From an uncultured candidatus Brocadiaceae bacterium (GTDB lineage Bacteria > Planctomycetota > Brocadiia > SM23-32): DNA of 64,000 nucleotides. The notes beneath the pieces are model-generated. The model was not told the origin of the DNA. It did not search any database and worked only from the letters and a program-made list of their open reading frames with translations. Every line of letters begins with the position of its first letter. The stretch's first letter is position 1. The stretch covers positions 8,321 to 72,320 of the forward strand of contig CAYSWA010000007.1 of NCBI GenBank assembly GCA_964434535.1, in the 5' to 3' direction. Positions 1 to 9,584 of this stretch are shown piece by piece. The translations under genes were made by a program, and so were the position numbers.

Positions 1-597
1 GAACCGGCCGTGCATCATCTGCGCCGTGAGGGCGCCCAGGTCGTTGCCGGCGCGTATCTCCTCGCTCGGGCGGTCGCCCACCAGCAGCACCTCGCCGCCC
101 CGCAGCCGGTGTTTCTCCAGCAGGTAGCGCAGGCACTCGCTGAGCAGCACGCCGCGGTCGGCGTCGTTGATCATGACCTCGTCGAAGGCGTCGCACAGCC
201 CGAGCTTCTCGATCTTGGTCGATTGGCGCCGGTGCAGGCCGCTGCTCAGCAGCAGGCAGAGCACCCCCTGGCTGCGCAGGAACTCCAGCGTGGGCAGCAC
301 GTCGGGGAAGAGGCTGATCTCGCCGACCTCGTCGCTCTGATAGGCGCGGTAAGCGGCGTCGATCGCGTCGTTGTCGAGCCCGTACTGCCGGGCGATCTCG
401 TCGAAGACCAGGAAGTGGGGCCCGTGCTCCTCGGCCAGGTCGCGCTGGAGGCGCAGGGCCTCCTCCTCGCCCATGGGCAGGCCGGCCTCCGCCAGCACCC
501 GCGCCGCCCGGCGGCGCGAGGCCTCGATCAGCGTGCCCGTGCAGTCATACAGGCTATCGTCCAGGTCGAAGACGACCGCCTTGATCGGTCCTGCCAC
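1..597 (-). CDS. HAD-family hydrolase (haloacid dehalogenase-like), 3' end beyond window
   Basis: Reverse-strand translation from GTG at 597 gives MAGPIKAVVFDLDDSLYDC... (HAD motif I, DxDxT-like) and a later LVGDRPSEEIRAGNDLG (motif III). GGAGGA lies upstream of the GTG. There is no stop before position 1. The + strand ORF 10..663 is its antisense shadow. Confidence 0.6.
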   Translation of the reverse strand, partial: MAGPIKAVVFDLDDSLYDCTGTLIEASRRRAARVLAEAGLPMGEEEALRLQRDLAEEHGPHFLVFDEIARQYGLDNDAIDAAYRAYQSDEVGEISLFPDVLPTLEFLRSQGVLCLLLSSGLHRRQSTKIEKLGLCDAFDEVMINDADRGVLLSECLRYLLEKHRLRGGEVLLVGDRPSEEIRAGNDLGALTAQMMHGRF

Positions 598-734
598 CTT
601 GCTCCTCCGCTTGCCGGGGGCATCGCTCGGTGCCAGTATAACACGACGCGCCGCCCCACCTAAAGGACCGCCCGCCGCCCGCCTGCGTGGCTCAAGCGCC
701 CGAGACCGCAGACCCGAGAGCCCCCGCCGCCCGG

Positions 735-762
735 TTGCATTCGATGCCCCGGCTGCTATCAT
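735..762 (+). promoter_or_regulatory. putative sigma-70-type promoter TTGCAT-N16-TATCAT upstream of pfkB-family kinase
   Basis: Hexamers TTGCAT (735-740) and TATCAT (757-762) lie 40 nt before the start at 802. This is a pattern match only. Confidence 0.3.
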
Positions 763-801
763 ACGGCGCTCGCTGCCGCGCCCTTCGGAAGGGGATCAAG
801 G

Positions 802-1734
802 TTGGAGAAGGCATACGACGTGATCGGCGTCGGCTGCTGCGCCTTCGACCTGGTCATCGAGGTCGACCGCTACCCCGGCGCCGACGACAAGATCATCGTG
901 GACCAGATCCGCACCCAGGGCGGCGGGCTGACCGCCACGGCGCTTGTGGCGGTGGCCCGGCTCGGCGGGCGCTGCGCCTACCTCGGCGCGCTCGGCGACG
1001 ACTACTTCTCGCAGTTCTGCCTGGACGAGTTCGCCCGGGAGGGGGTCGAGGCGCAGACGGTCCGCCGCGTGCCCGGCGCATCGGTCGTGACCGCCCTCAT
1101 CGTCGCCTGCCCCGCGCAGGGCACGCGCATGATCCTGGCCTCCCGTGCGAAGGCCCCGCCGTCGCTCGCCGCCGACGTGCCGGAGGAGGTCGTGCGGGCC
1201 TCGCGGGTCGTTCACGTCGACAACTTCGGCGCCGAGGGGGCCGTCCACGCCGCCCGGCTGGCCCGCGCCTGCGGCGTGCCCGTGACGATGGACCTGGAGC
1301 CGGGCGGGGGCGGCCCCGTCGAGGAGCTGATGGAGCTCGGCGACTACGTCATCGTTCCGGTCGCCTTCGCCCGCGGGCGCTACGGCACCGAGACGGCCGA
1401 GGAGGGCGCCCGTGCGCTGTTCGAAGAGGTGCAGGCCAACGGGGGCGTGGCGGGTGTCGTGACGGCCGGGGCGGAGGGCTCGCACGCCGTCTATGAGGGC
1501 GGGCAGATGAGCCAGCCCGCCTACCGGGCGTCCGTCGTCGACACGACGGGCTGCGGCGACGTCTTCCACGGTGCCTTCGCGCTCGGCCTGGCGCGCGGCT
1601 GGCCGCTGCGCCGAATACTGCCCTACGCGGCGGCGGTCGCCGCCCTCAAGTGCCGGGCCCACGGCGGCCGCGCCGGCATACCCACCGAGGACGAGGTGCA
1701 GGAGTTCCTCGGCGAGGCGGAGCCTTTGACCTGA
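802..1734 (+). CDS. PfkB-family carbohydrate kinase (ribokinase/fructokinase-like)
   Basis: N-terminal VIGVGCCAFDLV glycine-rich motif. C-terminal DTTGCGDVFHGAF is the PfkB signature 2. TTG start with AAGGGGA upstream. Confidence 0.8.
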   Translation: MEKAYDVIGVGCCAFDLVIEVDRYPGADDKIIVDQIRTQGGGLTATALVAVARLGGRCAYLGALGDDYFSQFCLDEFAREGVEAQTVRRVPGASVVTALIVACPAQGTRMILASRAKAPPSLAADVPEEVVRASRVVHVDNFGAEGAVHAARLARACGVPVTMDLEPGGGGPVEELMELGDYVIVPVAFARGRYGTETAEEGARALFEEVQANGGVAGVVTAGAEGSHAVYEGGQMSQPAYRASVVDTTGCGDVFHGAFALGLARGWPLRRILPYAAAVAALKCRAHGGRAGIPTEDEVQEFLGEAEPLT

Positions 1735-1760
1735 CTCCAGGGCGGGGGGACACGGAGAGC

Positions 1761-3140
1761 GTGGCCAGAGAGCGCGTCAGCTACGTCTGCGGCGAGTGCG
1801 AGGCGAGCTTCCCCCGCTGGAGCGGGCGCTGCCCGAACTGCCAGGAGTGGGACACCCTCCAGGAGGTCCGCGAGCGGCCCCAGGGCAAGGGCTCCTTCGG
1901 GAAGCCCGCCGCGCGCGCGGGCGTCGCCGCCACGCCGCTGGCCCAGGTCGAGGCCCGGCGGCTAAGCCGCCTCGGCTCCGACATACCCGAGCTGGACCGG
2001 GTGCTCGGCGGCGGCGTGCTGCCCGGCAGCAGCATCCTGCTCGGGGGCGAGCCGGGCATCGGCAAGTCCACGATCCTGCTCCAGGCGCTCGGCAGGATGG
2101 CCGCGCGCGGGGTGCCGTGCCTCTACGTGAGCTGCGAGGAATCGCTGGGCCAGCTCAAGCTGAGGGCCGAGCGGCTGGGCTTGAAGGACTCGGCGCTGCC
2201 CGTGGCTGCCCAGAGCGACCTGGCGAGCATCCTGGGGCTGATCGCCGCCGGCGAGCTGCGCGTCCTCGTGGTCGACTCGATCCAGCGCGTGCACGCCGCC
2301 GAGCTCGACTCGGCCACCGGCAGCCTGCGGCAGGTGAGCACCTGCGCCACCGGGCTGACCGAGACGTGCAAGGAGCGCGCGATCGCCCTTTTCCTTGTGG
2401 GGCACGTCACCAAGCGCGGGCTGATCGCCGGCCCGCGCGCCCTGGAGCACCTGGTGGACACCGTGCTCTACTTCGAGGGCGAGACGGCCGGCGGCGCGGC
2501 GCTGCGCGTGCTGCGGGCCGTGAAGAACCGCTTCGGCCCGGTCAACGAGATCGGCGTCTTCGAGATGCACAGCGAGGGCCTGCGGGAAGTGAGCAACCCC
2601 AGCGCGCTGTTCCTGGCCGAGCGCGACGCCGACGCCGCCGGCTCCGTGGTCACCGCCACGATGGAGGGCAGCCGCGCGCTGCTGGTCGAGGTGCAGGCGC
2701 TGGTCGGGCCCGGCGCCTACGGCACCCCGGAGCGGAAGGCGAGCGGGATCGACTACCGCCGCTTCAGCATGATGCTCTCGGTGCTGGAGCGCCAGGCGGG
2801 CCTCGAGCTGGGCCGCTGCGACGCCTTCGTGAACGTGGCCGGCGGCGTGCGCGTCTACGAGCCGGCGGCCGACCTGCCGCTGCTTCTCGCGCTGGCCTCC
2901 AGCTTCCGCGAGGCCCCGTTCTTCGCCGACGGCGTGGCCGTAGGCGAGGTCGGCCTCGGAGGGGAGGTGCGCGCCGTCGGCCGCATCGAGGACCGGCTGA
3001 GGGAGGCGCGCAAGCTCGGCTTCGAGCGGGCCGTCGTTCCGGTCGGCAACGCCCCGGCCGCGCGGCGCCTGATGGCCGAGGTCCACGCCGTGCGCAGACT
3101 CACAGACGCACTGAGACTTCTCGGGACGCAAGGCCAGTGA
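1761..3140 (+). CDS. radA: DNA repair protein RadA/Sms
   Basis: YVCGECEASFPRWSGRCPNCQEWDT zinc ribbon, Walker A GEPGIGKST, KNRFG motif, and C-terminal Lon-like domain. GTG at 1761 preceded by GGAGAG. The track ORF start at 1650 is an upstream extension. Confidence 0.85.
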   Translation: MARERVSYVCGECEASFPRWSGRCPNCQEWDTLQEVRERPQGKGSFGKPAARAGVAATPLAQVEARRLSRLGSDIPELDRVLGGGVLPGSSILLGGEPGIGKSTILLQALGRMAARGVPCLYVSCEESLGQLKLRAERLGLKDSALPVAAQSDLASILGLIAAGELRVLVVDSIQRVHAAELDSATGSLRQVSTCATGLTETCKERAIALFLVGHVTKRGLIAGPRALEHLVDTVLYFEGETAGGAALRVLRAVKNRFGPVNEIGVFEMHSEGLREVSNPSALFLAERDADAAGSVVTATMEGSRALLVEVQALVGPGAYGTPERKASGIDYRRFSMMLSVLERQAGLELGRCDAFVNVAGGVRVYEPAADLPLLLALASSFREAPFFADGVAVGEVGLGGEVRAVGRIEDRLREARKLGFERAVVPVGNAPAARRLMAEVHAVRRLTDALRLLGTQGQ

Positions 3141-3251
3141 GGGCGTGCAATCGCCGCCCGCCGTTCGCCGTCGCCGTTGTGCCCGTCCTGTCGTCGTGGT
3201 CAGCACTGCCGGTCTCCGTGTCTGCGTGGTGATTCTCCCGCCGCCGCAAGG

Positions 3252-3279
3252 TTGACTTCGGGCGCCTTTCCGGTATCCT
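3252..3279 (+). promoter_or_regulatory. putative promoter TTGACT-N16-TATCCT upstream of lysA
   Basis: Hexamer match in the radA-lysA intergenic region, 36 nt before the TTG start at 3315. Confidence 0.3.
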
Positions 3280-3314
3280 GGGGCCGTTTCGCCGCCCACC
3301 TTTCGGGGGCCATC

Positions 3315-4625
3315 TTGACGGCTGAGAGCCCATTCACGTATCGCGACGGGGAGCTCCACTGCGAGGAGGTGGCGGCCCGCCTGGTGGCGGAGCGCCACGG
3401 CACGCCGTGCTACGTCTACAGCGCGGCCTCGCTGGTGGGCCGCTACCGGCGCATCCGCGACGCCTTCGCCGCCTGGGAACCGCTGGTCTGCTTCTCCGTG
3501 AAGTCCTGCGCCAATCTCTCGGTGCTGCGGCTGCTGGCGGGGGAGGGGAGCGGCTTCGACGTGGTCAGCGGCGGGGAGCTGTACCGCGCCCTGCTCGCGG
3601 GGGCCGACCCCCGGAAGATCGTCTTCGCCGGGGCCGGCAAGACCGAGGCGGAGATCGAGCAGGCCCTCGATGCGGGGATCCTGATGTTCAACGTCGAGTC
3701 GGCGCCCGAGCTGGCGGCGATCGACCGGGCCGCCCGCCGACGCGGCGAGCGGGCGCGGGTGGCGCTGCGCATCAACCCGGACGTGGACCCCGGCACGCAT
3801 GAGAAGACGACGACTGGCAAAGGGGGTACGAAGTTTGGTATAGGTGTGCAGCAGGCCGAGAGGCTGGCGCGCGAGGCCGCCGCGTGGCCGGGCGTCGAGG
3901 TGCGCGGGCTGCACTTCCACCTCGGCTCGCCCATCTACTCGGCGGAGCCCTACGAGCGCGCGCTCCAGGTTCTGCTGCCGCTCGTGGAGCGGCTGCGGGC
4001 GGCCGGGCTCGCCCCGGACACGCTGAACCTGGGCGGCGGCTGGTGCATAAGCTACACCGGCGAGGACGTGCCGGGCCCGGAGCGCTACGCCGAGGCGTTG
4101 CGATCTGGTCTTGAAAAATCGGCCTGTCCGGTTATCATCATTGAGCCGGGCAGGTACATAGCTGGTAACAGCGCCATACTGCTGACGAGGGTCGTTTACC
4201 GCAAGGAATCGCAGTTTGGGAAAACGTTTCTGATCTGCGACGCGGCAATGAACGATCTGATCCGGCCGACGCTTTACGGGGCCTTCCACCGCGTATGGCC
4301 CGTGGAGAGCCCCGACGGCATGCCGGCGGTCATCCAGCCCGAGCGGCAGGCGTTCGAGGGCCGGCAGACCGAGCCGGTCGACGTGGTCGGGCCGGTCTGC
4401 GAGACGGGCGACTTCCTGGCCCGGGGCCGTCCGGTGCCCCGCGTGGAGGCAGGCGGCCTGCTGGCGGTCTTGGACGCCGGGGCGTACGGATTTGTGATGA
4501 GCTCTAACTACAACGGCCGCCCGCGCGCGGCCGAGGTGATGGTGGACGGGGCGCAGTGCCGCCTGATCCGCCGACGCGAGACGTACGACGAGCTCGTTGC
4601 GCCCGAACAGGACCTGCCGGACTGA
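3315..4625 (+). CDS. lysA: diaminopimelate decarboxylase
   Basis: PLP-dependent Orn/DAP/Arg decarboxylase fold: CFSVKSC...FDVVSGGEL, HFHLGS, EPGRYIAGNS, CETGD. A TTG start at 3315 is preferred (GGGGG SD 6 nt upstream). The long upstream extension is implausible. Confidence 0.85.
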   Translation: MTAESPFTYRDGELHCEEVAARLVAERHGTPCYVYSAASLVGRYRRIRDAFAAWEPLVCFSVKSCANLSVLRLLAGEGSGFDVVSGGELYRALLAGADPRKIVFAGAGKTEAEIEQALDAGILMFNVESAPELAAIDRAARRRGERARVALRINPDVDPGTHEKTTTGKGGTKFGIGVQQAERLAREAAAWPGVEVRGLHFHLGSPIYSAEPYERALQVLLPLVERLRAAGLAPDTLNLGGGWCISYTGEDVPGPERYAEALRSGLEKSACPVIIIEPGRYIAGNSAILLTRVVYRKESQFGKTFLICDAAMNDLIRPTLYGAFHRVWPVESPDGMPAVIQPERQAFEGRQTEPVDVVGPVCETGDFLARGRPVPRVEAGGLLAVLDAGAYGFVMSSNYNGRPRAAEVMVDGAQCRLIRRRETYDELVAPEQDLPD

Positions 4626-4719
4626 GCGCCCGGCAGGAGCAGCGGCGTGGCGGGCTGCGGCGCTCGACATGAAGCCGCGAGACTCGCAGAGACGCCAACC
4701 ATACCGTAAGGAGTCACTC

Positions 4720-6966
4720 ATGTGCGGATTCGCTAAGCGGTTGGGGATTGCGCTGGCGCTGACAATGATCTTCCTCGGCGGCGTGGTCGGGCTCGCGAGC
4801 GCCGATCAACAGCAGGAGATCCTCAATGCCTTCAAGCAGGGCATCACGCTCTACAAGGTGGGCGACTTCGCCGGCGCCCGGGAGCGGTTTGACCGGGTGC
4901 TGGCCATGGACCCGGGCATGCAGACCGCGTTGAAGATGCGCGACATGGCCGAGTTCGGCCAGTTCGCCGAGATGAAGGACACCGAGGAGCTCGGCGAGGT
5001 GGCCGAGAAGGTGCTCGACCTGATGACGCGCGCCACCCGCCAGCGGAAGCGCACTCTGGAGGACCCCGCCGCGCTGATCGAGGACTTCGAGTCGCAGGAC
5101 CTGGCCACCTACGGCAAGGCGCGCATCGCGCTGACCGGCCACGGGCCCTACGCCGTGCCGTATGTCGTGCCCCTGCTGGCGCTCGACGTCGAGGAGAGCC
5201 AGACCGTCGTCGCGCGAGCCGTCAGCCTGCTGGCCGATCTCCATCCCGACGCCGTCATGCCCCTGATCGTGGCGCTGGAGAACGCCGGGGACAGCCTGCT
5301 GAAGGCGCGGATCGCCGACGTGCTCGGCCAGATAGGCGACGAGCGGGCGGTGCCCGCCCTGATGATGCTCGCCGGCGATGAAGCCGCCCTTCAGGACGCC
5401 CGCACGGCCGCAATGGAGGCCGTGCGCAGCATCACCGCCAGCGGCCCCGGCCAGCGCGGCTCTGCCACGGCGCAGTACATCGCCCTGGCCGACGCCTACC
5501 TGCGGGAGGACAAGGACAAGGTCGGCTACACCTACGGCCTGACCGCCGAGGTCTGGGACTGGAACCCCGACGGCGAGGAGCTTCCCGACCGGATCGTCTA
5601 CGAACAGGTGCCCAACTACCTCTACTTCCAGCGCATGGCCACGGAGGTGGCCCTGGGCGGGCTCGCCGCCGACCCGGGCGCGACCGAGCTTCAGGCGCTG
5701 CTGGCGGCCTCGCTGGTGCGGCAGCTGGCGCTGTGCGAGTTCTTCAAGTCCGCCGAGGTCCGCCTCGGCGGGCGCGAGATCGAGCAGCAGGTCCGCCAGG
5801 AGGCCGCGCAGCGCGCTGAGGAGCTCTGTGTCCAGGTGCCCGTTGCGCTGCACATGCTCGCCACCCCCGTGGTCGGCCGTGCGCTCCAGCTCACGCTGGA
5901 GCTGGGCGACGGGTCGGCCAGCCTCTACCTGGTCAAGGCCATCGACGCCAAGCTCGCGGCGGCGGGGCCCGGCGCCCTGGACGAACTGACGGCTCAGGCC
6001 CTGGTCTCCGCCCTCGGCTCGGGCGACAAGGACGTGCGCTACAACGCGTCGGTCGTCCTGGTCAGCGCCGCTCCCGACGGCGAAGGGCTGCCGGCCGAGG
6101 AAGTGATGCAGGTCATGGGCGCGGCGCTGAAGGCGGCCTCTGATCGGACGGCGCTGGTGGCGATGGACAACTTCCAGATGCGCAACAAGCTCGTCCACGT
6201 CCTGCGCGGCGCGGGCGTGGCCACCAGCGAGTCAAAGGTGGTCGACGTGCTCATCGAGCACACGCTCTCGATCGAGCCGTCGGTCGACATCGTCTTCCTG
6301 TCCGGCAACCTGCCCGAGCAGAAGTTCGCGCGCATCGTCGCGCTGCTGAAGGGCGACCCGCGCACGAAGGCGGCGCCGCTTTACGTCGTGGTCGACCCGA
6401 CCGAGGAGGCGCCGGAGATGGCCGCGTTCGACCAGATCGAGCAGGTGCTCCGCCCCGACGCGCTCCGCGCCGAGGCCCTCGCGCCGATCCTGCAGGAGCA
6501 GGTCTTCGCCCGGAGCCGCTCGGCCTTCACCGACGAGGAGCAGGCCCTGGTGCTGAAGGCCGCCGAGGCGCTCGACGAGGTCGACCCGCTGGCCACCGCA
6601 TACCCGCTGGTCATGGTCGAGCCGGCGCTGGTCAAGGCGCTCAGGGGCTACGGTGAAGAAGTCTCCGCCGCCGCCGCCGAGGCGTTGGCCGGGTTCGGCT
6701 CGCCGGGCAGCGCCGCGCCGCTGGCGGGGCTGGTCGCGTCCGACGCTTCACAGGACCTGCGCGTGGCCGCCTGCAAGGCGCTCGCGGCCGTTCTGAAGCG
6801 GAGCGATGCGCCGGCCGGCGAGGACGTGGTGGCCGTGCTGAAGGCCGGGCTCGACGCGGACGCGCAGCCTCTGAGGCAGGTCGCCGCCGAGGCGCTGGGC
6901 GCGGCCGGGCTCGGCGCCGAGGCGCAGATGACGCTGCTGCGCACGAAGGCGCTCGGGCTGGAGTAG
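4720..6966 (+). CDS. secreted HEAT/PBS-lyase-like repeat protein
   Basis: ATG at 4720 with a perfect AAGGAG SD. Signal peptide MCGFAKRLGIALALTMIFLGGVVGLASA. Repeated ...ALG.IGD.RAVP.L..LL.D.. and DVRYNASVVL HEAT-like units. Confidence 0.65.
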   Translation: MCGFAKRLGIALALTMIFLGGVVGLASADQQQEILNAFKQGITLYKVGDFAGARERFDRVLAMDPGMQTALKMRDMAEFGQFAEMKDTEELGEVAEKVLDLMTRATRQRKRTLEDPAALIEDFESQDLATYGKARIALTGHGPYAVPYVVPLLALDVEESQTVVARAVSLLADLHPDAVMPLIVALENAGDSLLKARIADVLGQIGDERAVPALMMLAGDEAALQDARTAAMEAVRSITASGPGQRGSATAQYIALADAYLREDKDKVGYTYGLTAEVWDWNPDGEELPDRIVYEQVPNYLYFQRMATEVALGGLAADPGATELQALLAASLVRQLALCEFFKSAEVRLGGREIEQQVRQEAAQRAEELCVQVPVALHMLATPVVGRALQLTLELGDGSASLYLVKAIDAKLAAAGPGALDELTAQALVSALGSGDKDVRYNASVVLVSAAPDGEGLPAEEVMQVMGAALKAASDRTALVAMDNFQMRNKLVHVLRGAGVATSESKVVDVLIEHTLSIEPSVDIVFLSGNLPEQKFARIVALLKGDPRTKAAPLYVVVDPTEEAPEMAAFDQIEQVLRPDALRAEALAPILQEQVFARSRSAFTDEEQALVLKAAEALDEVDPLATAYPLVMVEPALVKALRGYGEEVSAAAAEALAGFGSPGSAAPLAGLVASDASQDLRVAACKALAAVLKRSDAPAGEDVVAVLKAGLDADAQPLRQVAAEALGAAGLGAEAQMTLLRTKALGLE

Positions 6967-7045
6967 GCAAGCCGGACCGGGCTTTCTCGGGGCGGCCGGA
7001 GTCGCCTGGCTCCGCGCCGCCCTTTCTTCATCGCGGGGGCTCGTC

Positions 7046-7897
7046 ATGCTGAAGTCATTGAGCATCTGGTGCCTGCCGGACAACGAGACGCGGCCGGCCG
7101 GGGAGATGTTCGACCAGGTGCGGGAGCGCGGGTTCGACGCCGTCGAGCTGGCCATCGGAGAGGCCGGCCTCGTCACCCTCCAGAGCACCGAGGAGGAGTG
7201 CCGCGCCCTCGGGCAGCTCGCCGCAGAGCGCGGCCTCCAGACGCCGACCGTGGCCAGCGGGCTCGGCTGGAAGTATCCGCTCACGGCCGACGAGCCCGAG
7301 GCCCGCGACCACGCGGCCGAGGTAATCCGCCGCAGCCTCCGCGCCGCCTCGTGGCTCGGCGCCGAGGTGCTGCTGGTCGTGCCGGGGACGCTGGCGCCTC
7401 CGGGGGCCGACTCCGCGTTCCACGTGCCTTACGACGTGGCCTACGAGCGCATGCGGGAGGGCGTCGGCCGGCTCGTCCCCACGGCCGAGGAGACCGGCGT
7501 CGCGATGGGCATCGAGAACGTGTGGAACCGCGTGCTGCTCTCGCCGCTGGAGATGCGCGACTTCATCGACTCGTTCGGCTCCGACGCGGTGGGGGCCTAC
7601 TTCGACGCGGGCAACGTGATCGTGACCGGCTACGCGGAGGACTGGGTGCGGATACTGGGCGCGCGCATCGGCGCCGTGCACTTCAAGGACTTCCGCCGCG
7701 CCGTCGGCACCTTGGAGGGCTTCTGCGACCTGCTCGAAGGCGACGTGGACTACCCCGCCGTGATGACCGCCCTCCGCGAAGCGGGCTATGACGGGGCGTG
7801 CACGGCGGAGTACTTTGGACTGGGCGAGGCGGCCCTGGCGAAGCTGAGCGCGGCCATGGATCGCATCCTCGCCATGCAGGACGCCGCCGGTCAGTAG
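7046..7897 (+). CDS. sugar phosphate isomerase/epimerase (xylose isomerase-like TIM barrel)
   Basis: FDAVELA, GLQTPTV, NVIVTGYAEDWVR and HFKDF motifs typical of the AP-endonuclease-2 / xylose-isomerase-like family. Confidence 0.75.
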   Translation: MLKSLSIWCLPDNETRPAGEMFDQVRERGFDAVELAIGEAGLVTLQSTEEECRALGQLAAERGLQTPTVASGLGWKYPLTADEPEARDHAAEVIRRSLRAASWLGAEVLLVVPGTLAPPGADSAFHVPYDVAYERMREGVGRLVPTAEETGVAMGIENVWNRVLLSPLEMRDFIDSFGSDAVGAYFDAGNVIVTGYAEDWVRILGARIGAVHFKDFRRAVGTLEGFCDLLEGDVDYPAVMTALREAGYDGACTAEYFGLGEAALAKLSAAMDRILAMQDAAGQ

Positions 7898-9051
7898 CGC
7901 AAGAGCGCGGCGACATCGTAGCCGTCGCCGGGCATCTCTTCCTGCTCCACGGCGTAGACCGCGCCCCTGTGCACGAGGACCTGCGCGGCGGCCTGGTCGA
8001 GCAGGTCCTCGTCGCCGACCTCCCCCTCCGCGTGCTCGGTCACCGCGTCCGAATCCGCGTCGTAGCTGCCCCAGCGGTGGACCCCGAGCGCCACGAAGAG
8101 GGTGTCGACGCGCCCGTGGTGGGCCGCCGGGACGGCTTGCTTCAGCTCCGTGGAGGCGCGCTCCGTCCCGAGCGCGGCCTCGAGGAACCCGGCCGCCTCG
8201 CGCTGGGCCTGCATGAAGACCGGCTCGACGATCGGCCAGGCCCTGTCGTGCAGCTCCTGCTCATTGAGCCTATCGGGATTGCCGCGGACGGCGTGCTCGA
8301 CCAGGTGCGGGTAGGAGTTCGCCTTCCGGTAGATCGGCAGCATGCTCTCGGCGCCGGCGAGCACAAGCGGCGCCTGCTGCCCGCCGAGTGCTTCGTGCAG
8401 GGCGGCGTCGATCTGGCGGAAGTACTCGCGGATGCGGTCCTGCTCGTCGTCCTTGGGCACGCCCTGCCCGTGGAAGATGGCGGCGCCCGTGCCGCCGCCG
8501 CGGGTCTGGCCGGTCCCCGTGTGGAACTGCAAGTGCTTCTCGCGCACGTCGAAGCGGAGCGCCTCGGCGAGGCTGGCGGGCATGCCGCGCACGTCCAGGT
8601 GCCGCACGCTCCAGTGCGTGCCCTCCAGCACGCGCACGGCGTTCTGGCTCAGCGCCAGGATGTAGAAGCGGCCGTCCCGGCTGAAGAACGGCAGCAGCGG
8701 CTTGATGTGGAAGTGCTCGCCGACCGCCGATAGCTGCTCGACCTCCAGGGGGAGGCGGTAGCTGGAGAACAGGCCGGGCGCCACGAAGGCCGCCAGCCCG
8801 TCCGCCTGCTGCTGCCAGAAGTCGGAGTCCTCCAGCAGCTCCCGGGCCGGCGCGAGGAACTGCTCCACCTCGCGGCGCTGCATGCCCCGCCCCTCCAGGG
8901 CGTCGCGGGCGGCGTAGAGCGCGTTTTTGAACCGGATCGGGTTCTGGCGCGTCTGGCTGCCCGCCCGCTCGGTGGGGATGTAGAGCGAGACGCACAGTCC
9001 CCCGTGCGCGTCGATGAGTTTCTCCAGCGCTTCCCCGGTCAGCAGTGCCAT
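7891..9051 (-). CDS. conserved hypothetical protein (possible eRF1-fold / Vms1-like family)
   Basis: 386-aa ORF with good coding composition. The N-terminus LCVSLYIPTERAG...NPIRFKNALYAARDAL resembles bacterial eRF1-like (baeRF/Vms1-like) proteins, but this is recalled by eye only. Confidence 0.5.
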   Translation of the reverse strand: MALLTGEALEKLIDAHGGLCVSLYIPTERAGSQTRQNPIRFKNALYAARDALEGRGMQRREVEQFLAPARELLEDSDFWQQQADGLAAFVAPGLFSSYRLPLEVEQLSAVGEHFHIKPLLPFFSRDGRFYILALSQNAVRVLEGTHWSVRHLDVRGMPASLAEALRFDVREKHLQFHTGTGQTRGGGTGAAIFHGQGVPKDDEQDRIREYFRQIDAALHEALGGQQAPLVLAGAESMLPIYRKANSYPHLVEHAVRGNPDRLNEQELHDRAWPIVEPVFMQAQREAAGFLEAALGTERASTELKQAVPAAHHGRVDTLFVALGVHRWGSYDADSDAVTEHAEGEVGDEDLLDQAAAQVLVHRGAVYAVEQEEMPGDGYDVAALLRY

Positions 9052-9182
9052 CGTTGCGCGTCCCCTCAGCTCGTGTGGATCGGAATCCGGCGGCCGGTGC
9101 CCCCATGGGCCGCCTGCCTTCTATCCTGCATACTACCCGACAACGGTTCTGCTGTCATCAGGACGCCCACGGAAGGCGCGCC

Positions 9183-9211
9183 TTGACGGCCGGGCGCCGC
9201 CGTGGTAGAAG
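9183..9211 (+). promoter_or_regulatory. promoter TTGACG-N17-TAGAAG driving the riboswitch leader
   Basis: TTGACG 9183-9188, 17-nt spacer, TAGAAG 9206-9211. It lies immediately 5' of the riboswitch P1 stem. The same architecture recurs at other promoters in this window. Confidence 0.45.
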
Positions 9212-9392
9212 GGAGGTGTCGGCGGGTGGCCCGAAGGGGCCACGGGAAAACGGTGAGAATCCGTTGCGGACCCGCCGCTGTAACCGGTAGCCGGAGCCCG
9301 TCAGCAAGGCCACTGTCCCCCGCGCCGGGGGATGGGAAGGCGGGGCGAGCGGCGACGACCGGGAGCCAGAAGACCGACCCGCCGACGATGAG
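9212..9392 (+). promoter_or_regulatory. cobalamin (AdoCbl) riboswitch
   Basis: Conserved blocks GGTGAGAATCCG (9252-9263), B12-box GCCACTG (9309-9315), GGGAAGGCGGGG (9334-9345) and GAGCCAGAAGACC (9363-9375). P1 pairs GTCGGCGGG (9218-9226) with CCCGCCGAC (9378-9386). Confidence 0.85.
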
Positions 9393-9584
9393 TGCTGCGG
9401 ACCTTCGGGCTTGAGCGAAGCGGCACGCGAGACGGCGGAAGTCTGCCTGTCGACCGTGGCCCGCGCCCGATCTCTGCGGCGTCGGGCCGCGTTGCTGTAC
9501 GGCGCCGGCGCCCGGAGGGAGGCGGCGGTGCGGTCAGAGCGCATCGTCTCGGCGTGCCCGCACACGATGCAGGAGGGCCGGACG

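Noticed and set aside
1650-1760. Upstream extension of radA (start at 1650) and similar long N-terminal extensions at 3177, 4597, 9411, 10778, 12455, 19049, 29982 and 52186
   Set aside because: The extensions are Arg/Pro-rich, lack homology to the respective families, and overlap upstream genes. Internal starts with SD-like sequences were preferred instead.
1962-4721. 919-aa minus-strand ORF spanning radA and lysA
   Set aside because: It is an antisense shadow of two well-supported plus-strand genes. It has Arg/Ala/Gly/Pro-rich low-complexity translation typical of the reverse frame in 70% GC DNA, and no recognisable domain.
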